A stretch of 64,000 nucleotides of DNA. Origin: Hamiltosporidium tvaerminnensis FI-OER-3-3. Taxonomy: Eukaryota; Fungi; Microsporidia. Shown here piece by piece: positions 38,361 to 49,918 of the stretch. The notes beneath the pieces were generated by a model. That model saw only the letters and a program-made list of their open reading frames with translations, had not been told where the DNA came from and searched no databases. The position numbers were made by a program, and so were the translations under genes. The DNA lies in assembly GCA_022605425.2 (NCBI GenBank), contig JAKIMF020000007.1, forward strand, positions 1,116,001 to 1,180,000, given 5' to 3'. Positions within the stretch are counted from its first letter, which is position 1, and every line of letters starts with the position of its first letter.

Positions 38361-38656
38361 AAAAACCAGTCAAAACTTTTTATTATAATCTACTGACTTT
38401 AGTCAAGACCTAATTCTAAAGAGACCTTAGAAAGTACCATCATTGAGTTTTATTAATAGATATGAGATACCTTAAGAACCAACACACTCTTTAAATATAA
38501 GAAAGTAAAGATAAAGATAGTTATAACAATTTAAAAACAAAAAATATTACAATCATTATTTCAAAACAGAAACCACGTTTAAAAAATCAAAAATAAATAA
38601 GAGTCGGATTTAGAAGAAGAAGAAGTAAAAGTAAAGAAGTAAAAGAAAATTCATAA
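38361..38656 (+). mobile_element. Heavily decayed 3' fragment of the same R4-like retrotransposon (copy C, opposite orientation)
   Basis: aagagtcggatttagaagaagaa..aaagaagtaaaagaaaa matches the intact end GAAGAGTCGGATTTGGAAGAAGAA..AAAGAGGTAGAAGAAAAC. The upstream agtcaagacctaat..gagatacc..gaacca is colinear with it. Confidence 0.7.
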
Positions 38657-38965
38657 ATCTTATTATACTTTAATTTCTATAAGGTAAATAATCTTTATAA
38701 CCTTATTGATTCCTAACTTATAATTCATAAATCCTATTATACTTTAATTTCTATAATATAAATAATCTTTATAACCTTATTGCTTCCTAACTTGTAATTC
38801 AAAAACCTATTATACTTTGATTTCTATAATAAAATATAATATAAAATAATAAAATAAAATATACTATAATATAATATAATATAATACTAATATAATACTA
38901 ATATAATACTAATATAATACTAATATAATACTAATATAATACTAATATAATATACTACTAATATA
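38648..38965. repeat. ~74-bp tandem repeat (about 2.4 copies) followed by an AATAT/ACTAATAT microsatellite
   Basis: aattcataaatc.tattatactttaatttctataa...ccttattg.ttcctaactt repeats, followed by (taatataatac)n. Confidence 0.8.
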
Positions 38966-39107
38966 CCTCTTTATTCACTTTATACATTGTAATACATTAT
39001 TAGATAAAATATATTTTCAATTAAAAATTTCACTTCATTTAATAAAATCTTATTTGAATAACCATTGTTCTTAGTTTCTTTACAAACAGTTTTACCAATA
39101 AATAATA

Positions 39108-40802
39108 CCCCCTTCTTCCGGAAATATGGTATATATTTGCGAAAAAATAAAATAAATCAAAAAATGTACATGACAAGTTTATTATATTACCTTTATTTGA
39201 AACATTTTAATGAATATTAATGTAAATATTAAAATTTATAAGTTCACTCGAAATTTGATTTGGCATTATTATATGCTTCTTTGGAATGAACATATTTTCC
39301 TAGCCCTTGACCTTAGAGACGAGGTTTTCCTTTACTTAAATAAGGTATTTTATAGCTATTTCCCCTATCTGCTAACATAATTGACTCCATACATGCTTGC
39401 AATGTTGTAAAAACGTTATCGAGAGTATACACTTCAAATTGATGAAATGCATCTTGAACACAATTTATTAATTCGTTAATTGTGTGTGGAGAATTTTCAT
39501 GTTGCAGCGATTATATGGAGTTGAAAATACCTAAATCGAGAACATTTAAATCGTGGCTATTTGCCGGTTGCGCCTTAAATTTAATATTCCAGTCATCAGC
39601 AGAACCAATAACGACAACATCTGCATCATTATCAGAAAAATGGGGTTTTGCATTGTCTTGTTGTACGTAAATTGTTTTCTTTTTGTATGCTAGCGGAAAT
39701 TTAGATTTAATTGCAGGAATTAAATTATCAATGATCATGTTTTGCAATGTAATGCTGTAATAGATTCTACATTTTTTGTTATTATTATCCCCTTAGCCCT
39801 GTTTTAGAATTTCTTTGAGCTAATTATTGATAAACAAATGGCCATATTCCAATTTTCACATCAAAATAATGCTTTCGATGTGCATCATAGGGTGGTCGAG
39901 CTACAGCAGCCATGAAAATTATTTTCATAATAAATCGTTTACTTTTGCAGTTTATCTCCGATTCTTCTTCGTTTAATATTAAGGAATAAGAGCGCAGTAC
40001 TTAGATACATAAAACCACTTTTCATCAATGTAAAGTAGTCGCACAAATCATTAAAAATAAAATCTCCATTATTAGCAAGATTTACTTTAGACAAGCAAAA
40101 TTAAAATCTGTCAATTTTATTTTTATTTGTTAAAGTTGGTTTAGCTGTAGAAGATATTCTCTTGATATACTTTCCCGACTTGAATATATCAAACAAAGTT
40201 ACTTTTGGAATACCAATTGCAAAGGAAAGACTGAGAAGCGTTCCTGGATGATTTAAATAGTGTATTCTTTATTTGCGCTAAATTGTTCGAATAGTCTTTA
40301 GGTTTTCTTCCGCATATTTTTCTTTTTTGAAGAAACATCGGCACATATCTTACCCTTTCTGTATTGAGTTTATGCTGCCTCTAAATTATGCTAATGGTGA
40401 GCCGTGAAAACTTAAAATCCAGAAGAAACTTCGTTGATGGCACCATGTTTTAACTTATTCTCTTTCATCTGCTGTAATAATTTTTCTACAATACCTTGAC
40501 GTTGTTATTTACTTAACTGTTTATATTTTGAATCTCTTCTTTCTAACTTGAACAAATTTCCTTCCACATTTTCGATATTCGTCCTGCAGCGGTACAAATT
40601 TTATTTACCTTAAGAAAACCTGATGCATGAGCTGTAACTTTTTAACTAGGAATGATATTACTTAAGTCAAATATTTTAGGTTATATTGTCATGAATATTT
40701 ACTATGACAATGTCATGACAGTTGACTATTTATTTTTTTATATTCAACATAATCTACGGTTTTTTTTTTTGAAATCTACACCATATTACCGAACGGAGGG
40801 TG
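39108..40802 (-). mobile_element. Plant-mariner-type (DD39D) DNA transposon with decayed transposase
   Basis: YIDEKWFY, IFMAAVARPPYD..FDVKIGIWPF and VQQDNAKPH-x-QPANSHDLNVLD (39 residues between the second and third D). Imperfect TIRs CCCCCTTCTTCCGGAAATATGGT and CACCCTCCGTTCGGTAATATGGT, each flanked by TA (39106-7, 40803-4). Confidence 0.9.
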
Positions 40803-41280
40803 TATAATTTATAAGAAAATAAGAAAGAATATAATAAATAAGAAAAGATATATAAATAAAAGAAAATACGAAAACAAGAGAATGTAATAAATATTAAGAT
40901 ATAATAAATAAGGATATAATAAATAAGAAATAATAAGAAATAAGAATATAATAAGATATAAGAAAAGATATATAAATAAGAAATAAGAATATAAGAATAT
41001 AAGAAAAGATAAGAAATAAGAATATATTTGAATCTACAAAGAATTTATTTACAAAGAAATACCAACAAAACATATTAGTATAAAGATATAGGGTTAGTAT
41101 AAAGCTATAGGGTTATTATATAGGATAGTATATAGTTTAGTATTAGCATATCTTAATATATCATATGAATAATTCTAATATCACTACCCCAACCCTACTA
41201 CTATTTCTATACTACATATACACTCTCCCCCTCCTATACTACTACTACTTCACCCTACCTACATACTCCTCACCCCCCTA

Positions 41281-44200
41281 CTACACTACATATATACACT
41301 CCTCTCCATACTTCTCTATAATACCCTTCTCTACTAATACCCCTATAATTTCTTCTACCTTACTAACACTACACCCTACTTTACTTATTACTTTATCCTT
41401 TAAACAATTAACACTTAACCTCTTCTCTCTCTTCATAACACTAACAACAAAACACTGAACATAGACATTATTTATATTGTTAGTAGTATTAACATTAGTA
41501 GTATTAGTATTTATAGTATTAGTATCTATATATTTATTTATATAAGGGTTACTACCATAAGGGTTACTACCATAACCATTATCATATCCATACCCACTAC
41601 TATCATACCCACTACTATCATACCCATTACTACCATATCCCTTGTTACTGATAATATTTAATTTTTTAAATTTTATTTTTTCTTTTTCTGATTTAAAATT
41701 ATTATTTAAGTAAATAACACCTTCTATTATAACTATAAGGTTATAACAACAAAGATTATCAAGAACAGAGTATCTAAGCAAAAAGAGGATATTATTGTTA
41801 GTAGTGTTAGTGTTGTTAGTAGTGTTGTTGTTAGTAGTGTTAGTGTTGTTAGTGTTAGTAGTGTTAGTAGTGTTAGTAGTATGTAAGTTGTTAGTATCTT
41901 TATTATCCTTAGTATCTCTATTATCCTTAGTATCCTTATTATCCTTAGTATCCTTATTATCTTTAATATTATTACTATCTAATATATCTTTAATATTATT
42001 ACTATTATCTAATACACTTACATCACTTACATCACTTCCACCCTTTATTATATACTCTTCTACTTTTATACTTCCTTTCTCTATTAAAATCTCTATAAGT
42101 AAATACTCATATACACTCATTCTAACTTTATACTCTTTATTACTATAAACTATACATTCTATATATCCTTTATCACTTATAAATAATAATTTACGATTTT
42201 TATATTTTTTTTTATATTTTTTTTTTATATTTTCTAACCATTTCTTCATATTACCTTTTAACATATCTGTATATGAAGGTAATAGGGTGTTATAATTAAA
42301 AGGCCATATACAATTAGTAAGAATAGAGAGAAAGAATGTAGGGTTATTAGTAATATTAGGGTTAGTATGTTGGTTGGGGTTAGGGTTAGGGTTAGTATTG
42401 TTTATGCATGTATTAGGGTTAGGGTTAGGGTTAGGGTTAGGGTTAGGGTTAGTATTGTTAGGGTTAGGGTTAGGGTTAGTATTGTTTATGCATGTATTAG
42501 GGTTAGTATTGTTTATGCATGTATTAGGGTTAGGGTTGGGGTTAGGGTTAGTATTGTTTATGCATGTATTAGGGTTAGGGTTAGGGTTAGGGTTAGTATT
42601 GTTTATATTAGGGTTAGGGTTAGTATTGTTTATATTAGGGTTAGGGTTAGTATTGTTTATATTAGGGTTGTAATTACTCCTTATAGGATTATCACTAATA
42701 CTATCAATAGTACTTATACTTATAAGGTTATGGTTAGTTTTTGGTAAAGGGTTACTACTTATAGGATTATCAGGGTTAGGGTTAGGGTTAGTATTAGGGT
42801 TAGGGTTATAATTACTCCTTATAGGATTATCACTTATACTATCAATAGTACCAATACCTATAAGGTTATGGTTAGTTTTTGGTAACACCATATCCCCAAC
42901 CTTACCATCCAACACACTACCCTCCTTACCACTACCACTACCCTCCTTACCCTCCTTACCCTCCTTACCCTCCTTACCACCCTCCTCACCCTCCTCACCC
43001 TCCAACCCACCCTCACCCCCCAACCCCACACCCATATCCCTCCACACCTCCTTGTTAAACTCTATAGACATTCGTATATCCTTATACATTCTAACACCCT
43101 TTCTATAAACCTCATCACCAATAACATCTCTTACCTTTAATAAAACACTTTCTTCTTTAAAATAATTACAATTATAATTTAACAACCTTTTACTATAAAA
43201 ATATAAATAAGAAATAGAAAATTCTTCTTTTTTATAAATTAAAGGTAATATTGTTAATATATTTGATATATCCTTAGAAAAAGTAGTAGAGTATTTTAAG
43301 ACATAATGAGTATAAAGAGAAATACGGGAAGTGAGGGTATTAGTGGTAGTGTTAGTGTGGTGGTTGTAGGGATGATTAGTAGTATTAGTATTAGTATTAG
43401 TATTAGTATAAGTATTAGTAGTATTAGTATAAGTATTATGTATGTTGTTATTAGTAGTATTAGTATTATCTAACCTATCCTCTAACCTATCCTCTAACTT
43501 ATACTCTAATCTATTACTACCCCCCACATAATCCCTATTTATATATTCACTGTATGCTTTATTAAATATTTCTTTAAATTCACTATCATCTTTCATTCCA
43601 TACATAATAACACTTATATTACTATCATAAGTATTATAAAGATTATTAAAAAATAAAAGGTTATTTTTTATTTTAAATATATTTTTTATATTTAATTTTA
43701 AAATATTATTTATATAAATAGAGTATGTTGTTAATAGAAGAGATAAAGAGTAAGGGGATATATAAGATAATATATTATAAACAGTAAGGAGTATATTGTT
43801 ATTAGGGGTGGGGGTATTGTTATTATTATTAGTAATAGTATAAGGGTTATTATAAGGGTTGTTAGTAGGATTGTTGTTAGTATTAGTATAAGGGTTATTA
43901 GTATTAGTATAAGGGTTGTTATTAGGGTTGTTGTTAACCCTACTATTATTACTATCCTTACTACTATTATTACTATTATTACTCTTATTACTATCCTTAC
44001 TACTATTATTACTATTATTACTATTATTACTATTATTACTATCCTTATTACTCTTATTACTATTATTATTACTATTACTACTATTACTATCCTTATAACT
44101 ATTATTACTATCACCCTCCAAATCACCCTCCAAATCACCCTCTAAATCACACCAACTCCCACCACCTAATACACCCTCTAATACTTTGTATATCTCTTCT

Positions 44201-45803
44201 TTAATATAACACTCTTCTTTAATAATTAATACTTTTTCTAATGAAATATCTAATTCATTATAAGATTCTTCTAAGAATAAAAGGTGTCTACGACTTCTTT
44301 CATATTTAAAGGTATTATATACATAAGTAAGGTAATTAAGGAATGTGGTGTGGGGGGTATTGTTAAGGGGGTGTTTAGTAGATGTGTTATTAAGGGGGTG
44401 TAAGGTATTAGATAGATTGTTAACAGGGTGTAAGGTATTATTAGCAGTGTTGTTAACAGGGTGTAAGGTATTAGATAGATTGTTAACACCCTGTTGTTTA
44501 TTAGTACTTATGTTATCACCCTGTTGTTTAGTAGTACTAATGTTATCACCCTGTTGTTTAGTAGTACTATCATTATCACCCTCTAATTTAGTATCCTCCT
44601 TACTAACCCTCCTTACTACTAACACCCTGTTGTTTATCTATACTGTTACTAACACCCCTATAATTATCTACTACTGTTACTAACACCCTCTAATCCCTCA
44701 CTCATACTACCACCCCTACTAACACCCTCATATCCCTCCCCCTTACTAACACCCTCCCCCTTACTAACACCCTCCCCCTTACTACCACCCTTACTATCAC
44801 CTACACTACTATACTTACATGTTATATGCTTTATAACCCTTTCTTCATATACCTCTTTATAATATAACAATGGATTATTAATATCAAAAATAACACTTTT
44901 AAAACATAAAAGTATATTTCTTATATAAGTAGGTGTATCAATACAACTAATAAGTAAATTAACAATAAAATTAATATCTATATGTTGTATAACACATCTT
45001 TCCCATAGAAGAAATGCAAAGTCTTCTATTTTACGTGCTGTTTTACTTGATACTAGTGTTTCGTTTAAAAAGTTACACATCTGTGATATTGAGAGTGTGT
45101 TTCTTTTAAAGAGTGAGAATTGATGTGAAAATGATTGTAGGATGTTATGAGCATGGAAGTGTGGGATATAGGGGGTATTGATAGTAGTGGTATATGTAGG
45201 GTTAGGGATATATGTAGGGTTAGTAGTATATGGAGGGTTAGTAGTATAAGGGTTAGTAGTATTAGGGTTAGTGGTATATGGAGGGGTGTTAGTACTAAGA
45301 TTGTTTATGCGTGTGTTTAGGGTTAGGTTAGGGTTAGGGTTATTAGTAGTGTTAGTATAAGGGTTATTGATAGTAGTAGTGTTAGTAGGGTTAGTGTTAG
45401 TAGGAGTGTTAGTACAAGGGATATCATTGTTATTACTAGTGTTAGTACAAGGGTTAGTATAAGTACTACTACCAATCCCATTATTAATCCCATTATTAAT
45501 CCCATTAGCAATCCCACTATTAATCCTATCCACCCCTTTATCTACCCTCTCATGTCTATTACCTATTGCTTGCATTATAATGGTTCTGTGGTTACGTGCT
45601 TGTGAATATAGAAAATCACCAATACGCCAATATAACTTCTCATCATACTTATTATTAACACACGTACATATATCATACACACAGTTGTATACAAGTACAG
45701 AGTTACAAAGAGAATGTGTGGTTAGTTTTGTAAATTCTCGTTCTATTGTTTTCCAAAGGTTATCAAATTCTGTGGGTGATATTTGTTTACGACCTATGTT
45801 CAT
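41281..45803 (-). CDS. Cullin family protein inflated by low-complexity inserts; split into ORFs 44664-45803 and 41281-44625
   Basis: N-terminus FDNLWKTIE..VYNCVYDICT..EKLYWRIGDFL (cullin repeat 1), YFYSKRLL, MYKDIRMS, ILTNCIWPF, KYKNRKLLF, and a C-terminal neddylation domain CFVVSVMKREK..LVEKGIIEK..IYVV. CCCCC motif before the ATG. Confidence 0.88.
42355..42810 (+). repeat. TTAGGG tracts within a higher-order repeat inside the cullin CDS, encoding (NP)n/NTCINNT
   Basis: Six perfect TTAGGG at 42413-42448, plus several shorter tracts separated by ttagtattgtttatgcatgta. Confidence 0.9.
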
Positions 45804-46111
45804 TATATAAGGGGGTGTGGTGGGGTAGTAAATAAGATGTGGGTATTTAGTATGTTAAAGGGTATAGTAGTATGTTAGAGGGTGTTAGGGTATAGTAGTA
45901 TGTTAGAGGGTGTTAGTGATAAAGGATTAGAAAGTGTTAATGCTTAGGGTATGTTAGAGGGTGTAATTACAATACAAATTAAAAGGGTTTAATTAATAAA
46001 ACATTAGAAGTAGTAAATAAAGGGGTGTTAATGTATAGTACTAATAATTAAAAGGGTTTAATTAACAAAACATTAGAAGTAGTAAATAAAGGGGTGTTAA
46101 TGTATAGTACT

Positions 46112-49100
46112 TATTTAATAAAATTCAGGTTAAAATATTTTTTTTTTATCATTTTTATATGTTTTCTTCTACCTCTTTAACCACTATTGTTTCTTCTTCC
46201 AAATCCGACTCTTCATTTATGTTATTGGTCGGTTCCTCCAGAGTGGTTCCTCCTTGTGAAATAAGGGGTGTATTATTTTTTGGTTTTAAAATTTTAACAC
46301 CATCTTCCTCTCTTTTCGCTTCTTTTAAAGGGGGTATTGGTTCCTCATGCATCTCTGATCTCATAATAACACCCATTGACGCTCTCTCCCAGCTCTCTTC
46401 GGCATTTAGTCCTGACTCAAGTCCTCTTCGTCGATCAAAGGAAATTGTTTCGACTGTTTTCTTAAGTACTATAGACTGAATGTATGCCTCTACATTCATG
46501 GGTATTTCTAGTCTTTTAAGATGAGATTTATGGTATTTTGTCACAATACCGTCCCAGGTCATCACATAAGGGATTATCTCAACACTACACTTATAAATAA
46601 GACCCAACTCATTGGCTAGCAGGTCATACTTCCTAAGTTTTTCAGTTTCAACTATTTGAAGTGAATCTTGGGAAGTGATTCCTACTTCAATGAGTGTTAT
46701 CTTATTCTTCTTCTTATCTAAAATAAATATGTCCGGTCTGTTATTCCGAATTTTAACATCAGTTTTAATTCTGGTGTCCACTCTTATCTCTGCATACTCA
46801 TTATCAAGAATTTCTTGAACTGAGTGGCTCCTTATTCGTTTTGAAGACTTAAACTTATATCTATTTAGAAGAAGAAGGTGTAGGCATCTGACCACTTCAT
46901 TATGCCGTCTAGTGTAATCATGGCCTAGCATTTTTTCGCATCTAGTTGCTAGATGATCCACAGTCTTACCAGACTTCCCGCAATGTTGACACACACCATC
47001 TGCTCCCCAGAATACATTTCTATCCTGGATATAGCAGAACACAGCTTCATTTCGTGGCCTAATATTTCCTCTCTTTAGCCACCTTGAAGAGTCACTAACA
47101 CTCACAAGCTCATTTTTTCTTGCATTATATAACTTTGAATGGAGTTTTCGTTTTTCTATTTCGTTATATAGTTTTGCAAGTTGAGCTTCTTCTAAACTTT
47201 TCTTAGTGACTTCTTCTACCAACCTGTACTTTACTTTTAAGAAGCCTTTTATTAGTGCAAGATGGGTTTTATTATTATTCTCCACCTTGAGGATTGCTGC
47301 TCGTCTAGTTGATATTTCTTTACTTTTTTCCAGACAATCCAAGAGTTGCAGAAGCATATGTTCGCTTCTCAACTCAACACTATGTAGGCCTCTTCCAAGT
47401 TCTGTTCTAGGAAGATACAACCGCTCTTTACATCCTGGGCGGAGATGTATCTTATTTTTAACCAACACCGCACGCACTGCATCATCTAACTTAGAGAAGT
47501 CAGCCGGTTCAAGTCGAAGTACTCCTATGTGGTAGTTGATTAACGATATCGCATGTTGATTGATTGCAGAAAATAAATTTTTTGCATTTAATCTAGTGTG
47601 ACAAAGTCTTTCAACTCTTGATATAAGTTTGCTCTGTACTTCTTCAAATGAGCTACGTGTTGGGATTCCTCTGCTGTCTTCTATTATTCCTAAATATTTG
47701 TAAACACTAACACCTTCTAGAAGAGTAGCAGTATCTTCACAACACGTATCATTTGTGGCTGACTTCTCTTTGTTAATCTCTAAGCCACTCACCTCTAAAA
47801 ATTCCTTTGCCTCGCCTGTCATAGCACTCAATGTGGAGCTGTCTTTTGCAAGGAGCTTAAGATCATCAATAAACAAGAGATGATTAGTAGAATGGGATTC
47901 TGCATCTGTTTGTACTGTCACTTTTGTGTATTTTTCATTAAGCTTTCGGCTTAATGGATCCATACACAACACAAATAACAAAGGTGACAGACTATCTCCT
48001 TGTAGAATCCCTCTATCAATCTTCTTGCTCATGATTTTTTCAGGCCCTACTGATATATCAATTTTCCATTTTGATATAATTACCTTAATAAATTTCAGGA
48101 TCCAATCAGGTAAATTAAGGTTTTCAATGCATTGAGTTAAATAAGCATGATCTATTGAATCATAAGCTTTTTTAACATCAATCCATGTTGCCTTAAGATT
48201 ATTTCCATACTCTTTATTTAAGGCAATATTCAGTAGAGCCTGCTCTTTCGCTCCCTGCACACCTCTTACCGCCCCTAATTGGTTCTCTGCAAGCAACCCT
48301 CGCCTTTCCACTTCAAGTTGAACGACCTTTGTTACACACTTTGTCGTTAACTTGTAGAGGTTGGACATACAAGTGATTGGCCTGTAGTCAGAGCCTCTTC
48401 GTGGAATTCCTTTCGGTATCAAATACGTAAGCCCGCAGTAAAACCAATCAGCTTGAGGTGTTCCTTCTAAACATATAACTTTCACAATATCATAAAGATA
48501 TTTGTGAAGAGTTGTAAGTTTCTTAATGAAAAAATTGTAAATACCATCAATTCCAGCAGCTTTCCAATTGGGAAGCCAATTAATGATATTTACAAATTCA
48601 TCAAGTGAAGGAAACGTGGTCGGATGATTATCTGATACAAATGGAATCAAATAATCATCGTACGTGACTGTGTCATCATTTTTGTTCCACATTGTAGACC
48701 AAAAACTCACAATTTCATCACGGCTAACCACATGCTCAATTTCTACACGCTCAGATAACCCACGATAAAATCGACCTCGGAAAAGCTCAAACATACGATT
48801 CTCTTTTCGGAATTGCTTCCTACTTTCATGCATCGTAATTTTTTTCTCGTAAACATTCAAAGACTCATTCTTCTTAACTAAAGCCTCAGAAAGATCAGTT
48901 ACGCTGCTCAAGTTTAAATTAAACTCTCGCATGATTTTCTTAAGGCTCTTCGTTTCCGAAGTGGAGAGCTTTTCCTGCTTACGCGCCTTCTCGAGAAGAT
49001 CTTTGGAAAGTACTAACTTAGAAATTTTACTTTCTATGTTTTCCTTCCAAGCGGATCTAGGCTTTTCTTTGCGTGTTGCCTCGTCATAGCATACCTGCGC

Positions 49101-49918
49101 AGCTTGCATGATATACGCGGCTTCCGTAATTGACTCAGGTACATGAGCTCCTGCATATTCACCGACTACTCGATTAATGAGATCCAGAACTTTACTATCA
49201 ACCAATTCATTTGGATGTTTTCTAGTTCGGACCACCACTTTTCCAATTTCGTTCTCAGAGATTTCTTTGATTTTACTCAAGAATTTATCTCTCAGGTTTA
49301 TGTACTCCGTGGTGTCGGTCAAGGTGCATGTATCAGCGAGACAAGTGGCGATTCTACGTCGCTCTCCATTCTCTTCTGATTTTACATCCTTTCCCATCTC
49401 ACTTTGTGCCAATTTTTTTAACACTTCGAGAGTTTCAGTGCAGCCGAATTTCTCATTATAGTACCTGTGAAGCTCTGTCCAGCCATTTCTTGGCATTCTT
49501 TCAAACCTTGTCTGTACTGCAAAAAAAACAATTCGAGGCCATTCCTTCGGGTCGGCTGTTACGGAATCGAATATCGTCCGCAATGCCATTAGCCTGTTAC
49601 CTTCTGGAATAGCTAGAGTACAGGGGCTTGTCATGTCGTACGATGGCTCGCACGCAGAGACTTCAACCGAAGAGGGAACTGGTGCATTAGGCGAAGGTAA
49701 GGTGTCAAGCCCACTATTTTGCATTTTACTGCATGTTTGGCTTGGTGGTGGAGGTGTTATTGTTGTGTAGGAGGAGGAAGGTAGGGGAATCGCCGGTGGG
49801 TGTAGCTTACATTTTTGTATCTCACTATCACTCTTTTTCACCTCATCAGCGTCGTTTGCAGCCTTTATTTTGGTATTATTCGATATTTCGCTGCTAACAT
49901 TTTTCTTTCTACCCATAT
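46112..49918 (-). mobile_element. Intact R4/Dong-like non-LTR retrotransposon (copy D)
   Basis: One uninterrupted ORF. Imperfect 12-bp TSD atgtatagtact (46100-46111) / atgtatattact (49919-49930). 3' UTR about 43 nt. Confidence 0.95.
46155..49916 (-). CDS. Reverse transcriptase + CCHC zinc knuckle + restriction-like endonuclease (1253 aa)
   Basis: YRPITCM, WIDVKKAYDSIDH, RGILQGDSLSPLLF, HLLFIDDLKL, YKYLG, CQHC-x8-H-x4-C, RHN, RPD..IEV..K..KY. Confidence 0.97.
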   Translation of the reverse strand: MGRKKNVSSEISNNTKIKAANDADEVKKSDSEIQKCKLHPPAIPLPSSSYTTITPPPPSQTCSKMQNSGLDTLPSPNAPVPSSVEVSACEPSYDMTSPCTLAIPEGNRLMALRTIFDSVTADPKEWPRIVFFAVQTRFERMPRNGWTELHRYYNEKFGCTETLEVLKKLAQSEMGKDVKSEENGERRRIATCLADTCTLTDTTEYINLRDKFLSKIKEISENEIGKVVVRTRKHPNELVDSKVLDLINRVVGEYAGAHVPESITEAAYIMQAAQVCYDEATRKEKPRSAWKENIESKISKLVLSKDLLEKARKQEKLSTSETKSLKKIMREFNLNLSSVTDLSEALVKKNESLNVYEKKITMHESRKQFRKENRMFELFRGRFYRGLSERVEIEHVVSRDEIVSFWSTMWNKNDDTVTYDDYLIPFVSDNHPTTFPSLDEFVNIINWLPNWKAAGIDGIYNFFIKKLTTLHKYLYDIVKVICLEGTPQADWFYCGLTYLIPKGIPRRGSDYRPITCMSNLYKLTTKCVTKVVQLEVERRGLLAENQLGAVRGVQGAKEQALLNIALNKEYGNNLKATWIDVKKAYDSIDHAYLTQCIENLNLPDWILKFIKVIISKWKIDISVGPEKIMSKKIDRGILQGDSLSPLLFVLCMDPLSRKLNEKYTKVTVQTDAESHSTNHLLFIDDLKLLAKDSSTLSAMTGEAKEFLEVSGLEINKEKSATNDTCCEDTATLLEGVSVYKYLGIIEDSRGIPTRSSFEEVQSKLISRVERLCHTRLNAKNLFSAINQHAISLINYHIGVLRLEPADFSKLDDAVRAVLVKNKIHLRPGCKERLYLPRTELGRGLHSVELRSEHMLLQLLDCLEKSKEISTRRAAILKVENNNKTHLALIKGFLKVKYRLVEEVTKKSLEEAQLAKLYNEIEKRKLHSKLYNARKNELVSVSDSSRWLKRGNIRPRNEAVFCYIQDRNVFWGADGVCQHCGKSGKTVDHLATRCEKMLGHDYTRRHNEVVRCLHLLLLNRYKFKSSKRIRSHSVQEILDNEYAEIRVDTRIKTDVKIRNNRPDIFILDKKKNKITLIEVGITSQDSLQIVETEKLRKYDLLANELGLIYKCSVEIIPYVMTWDGIVTKYHKSHLKRLEIPMNVEAYIQSIVLKKTVETISFDRRRGLESGLNAEESWERASMGVIMRSEMHEEPIPPLKEAKREEDGVKILKPKNNTPLISQGGTTLEEPTNNINEESDLEEETIVVKEVEENI

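Noticed and set aside
42413-42448. Chromosome end / true telomere
   Set aside because: Short, internal and in frame within a gene.
42355-42670. Repeat-spacer look (ttagtattgtttatgcatgta alternating with variable tracts) suggesting CRISPR
   Set aside because: The 'spacers' are just (TTAGGG)n inside a CDS. There are no unique spacers or cas genes, and the context is eukaryotic.
41795-44138. Leu/Val/Ile-rich ORFs (e.g. 43916-44098, 42374-42673, 41795-42148)
   Set aside because: Antisense or alternate-frame shadows of the cullin low-complexity repeats.
46159-49612. Plus-strand ORFs within the retrotransposon (also 30558-34201)
   Set aside because: Antisense shadows of the RT ORF, shared between copies only because the copies are near-identical.
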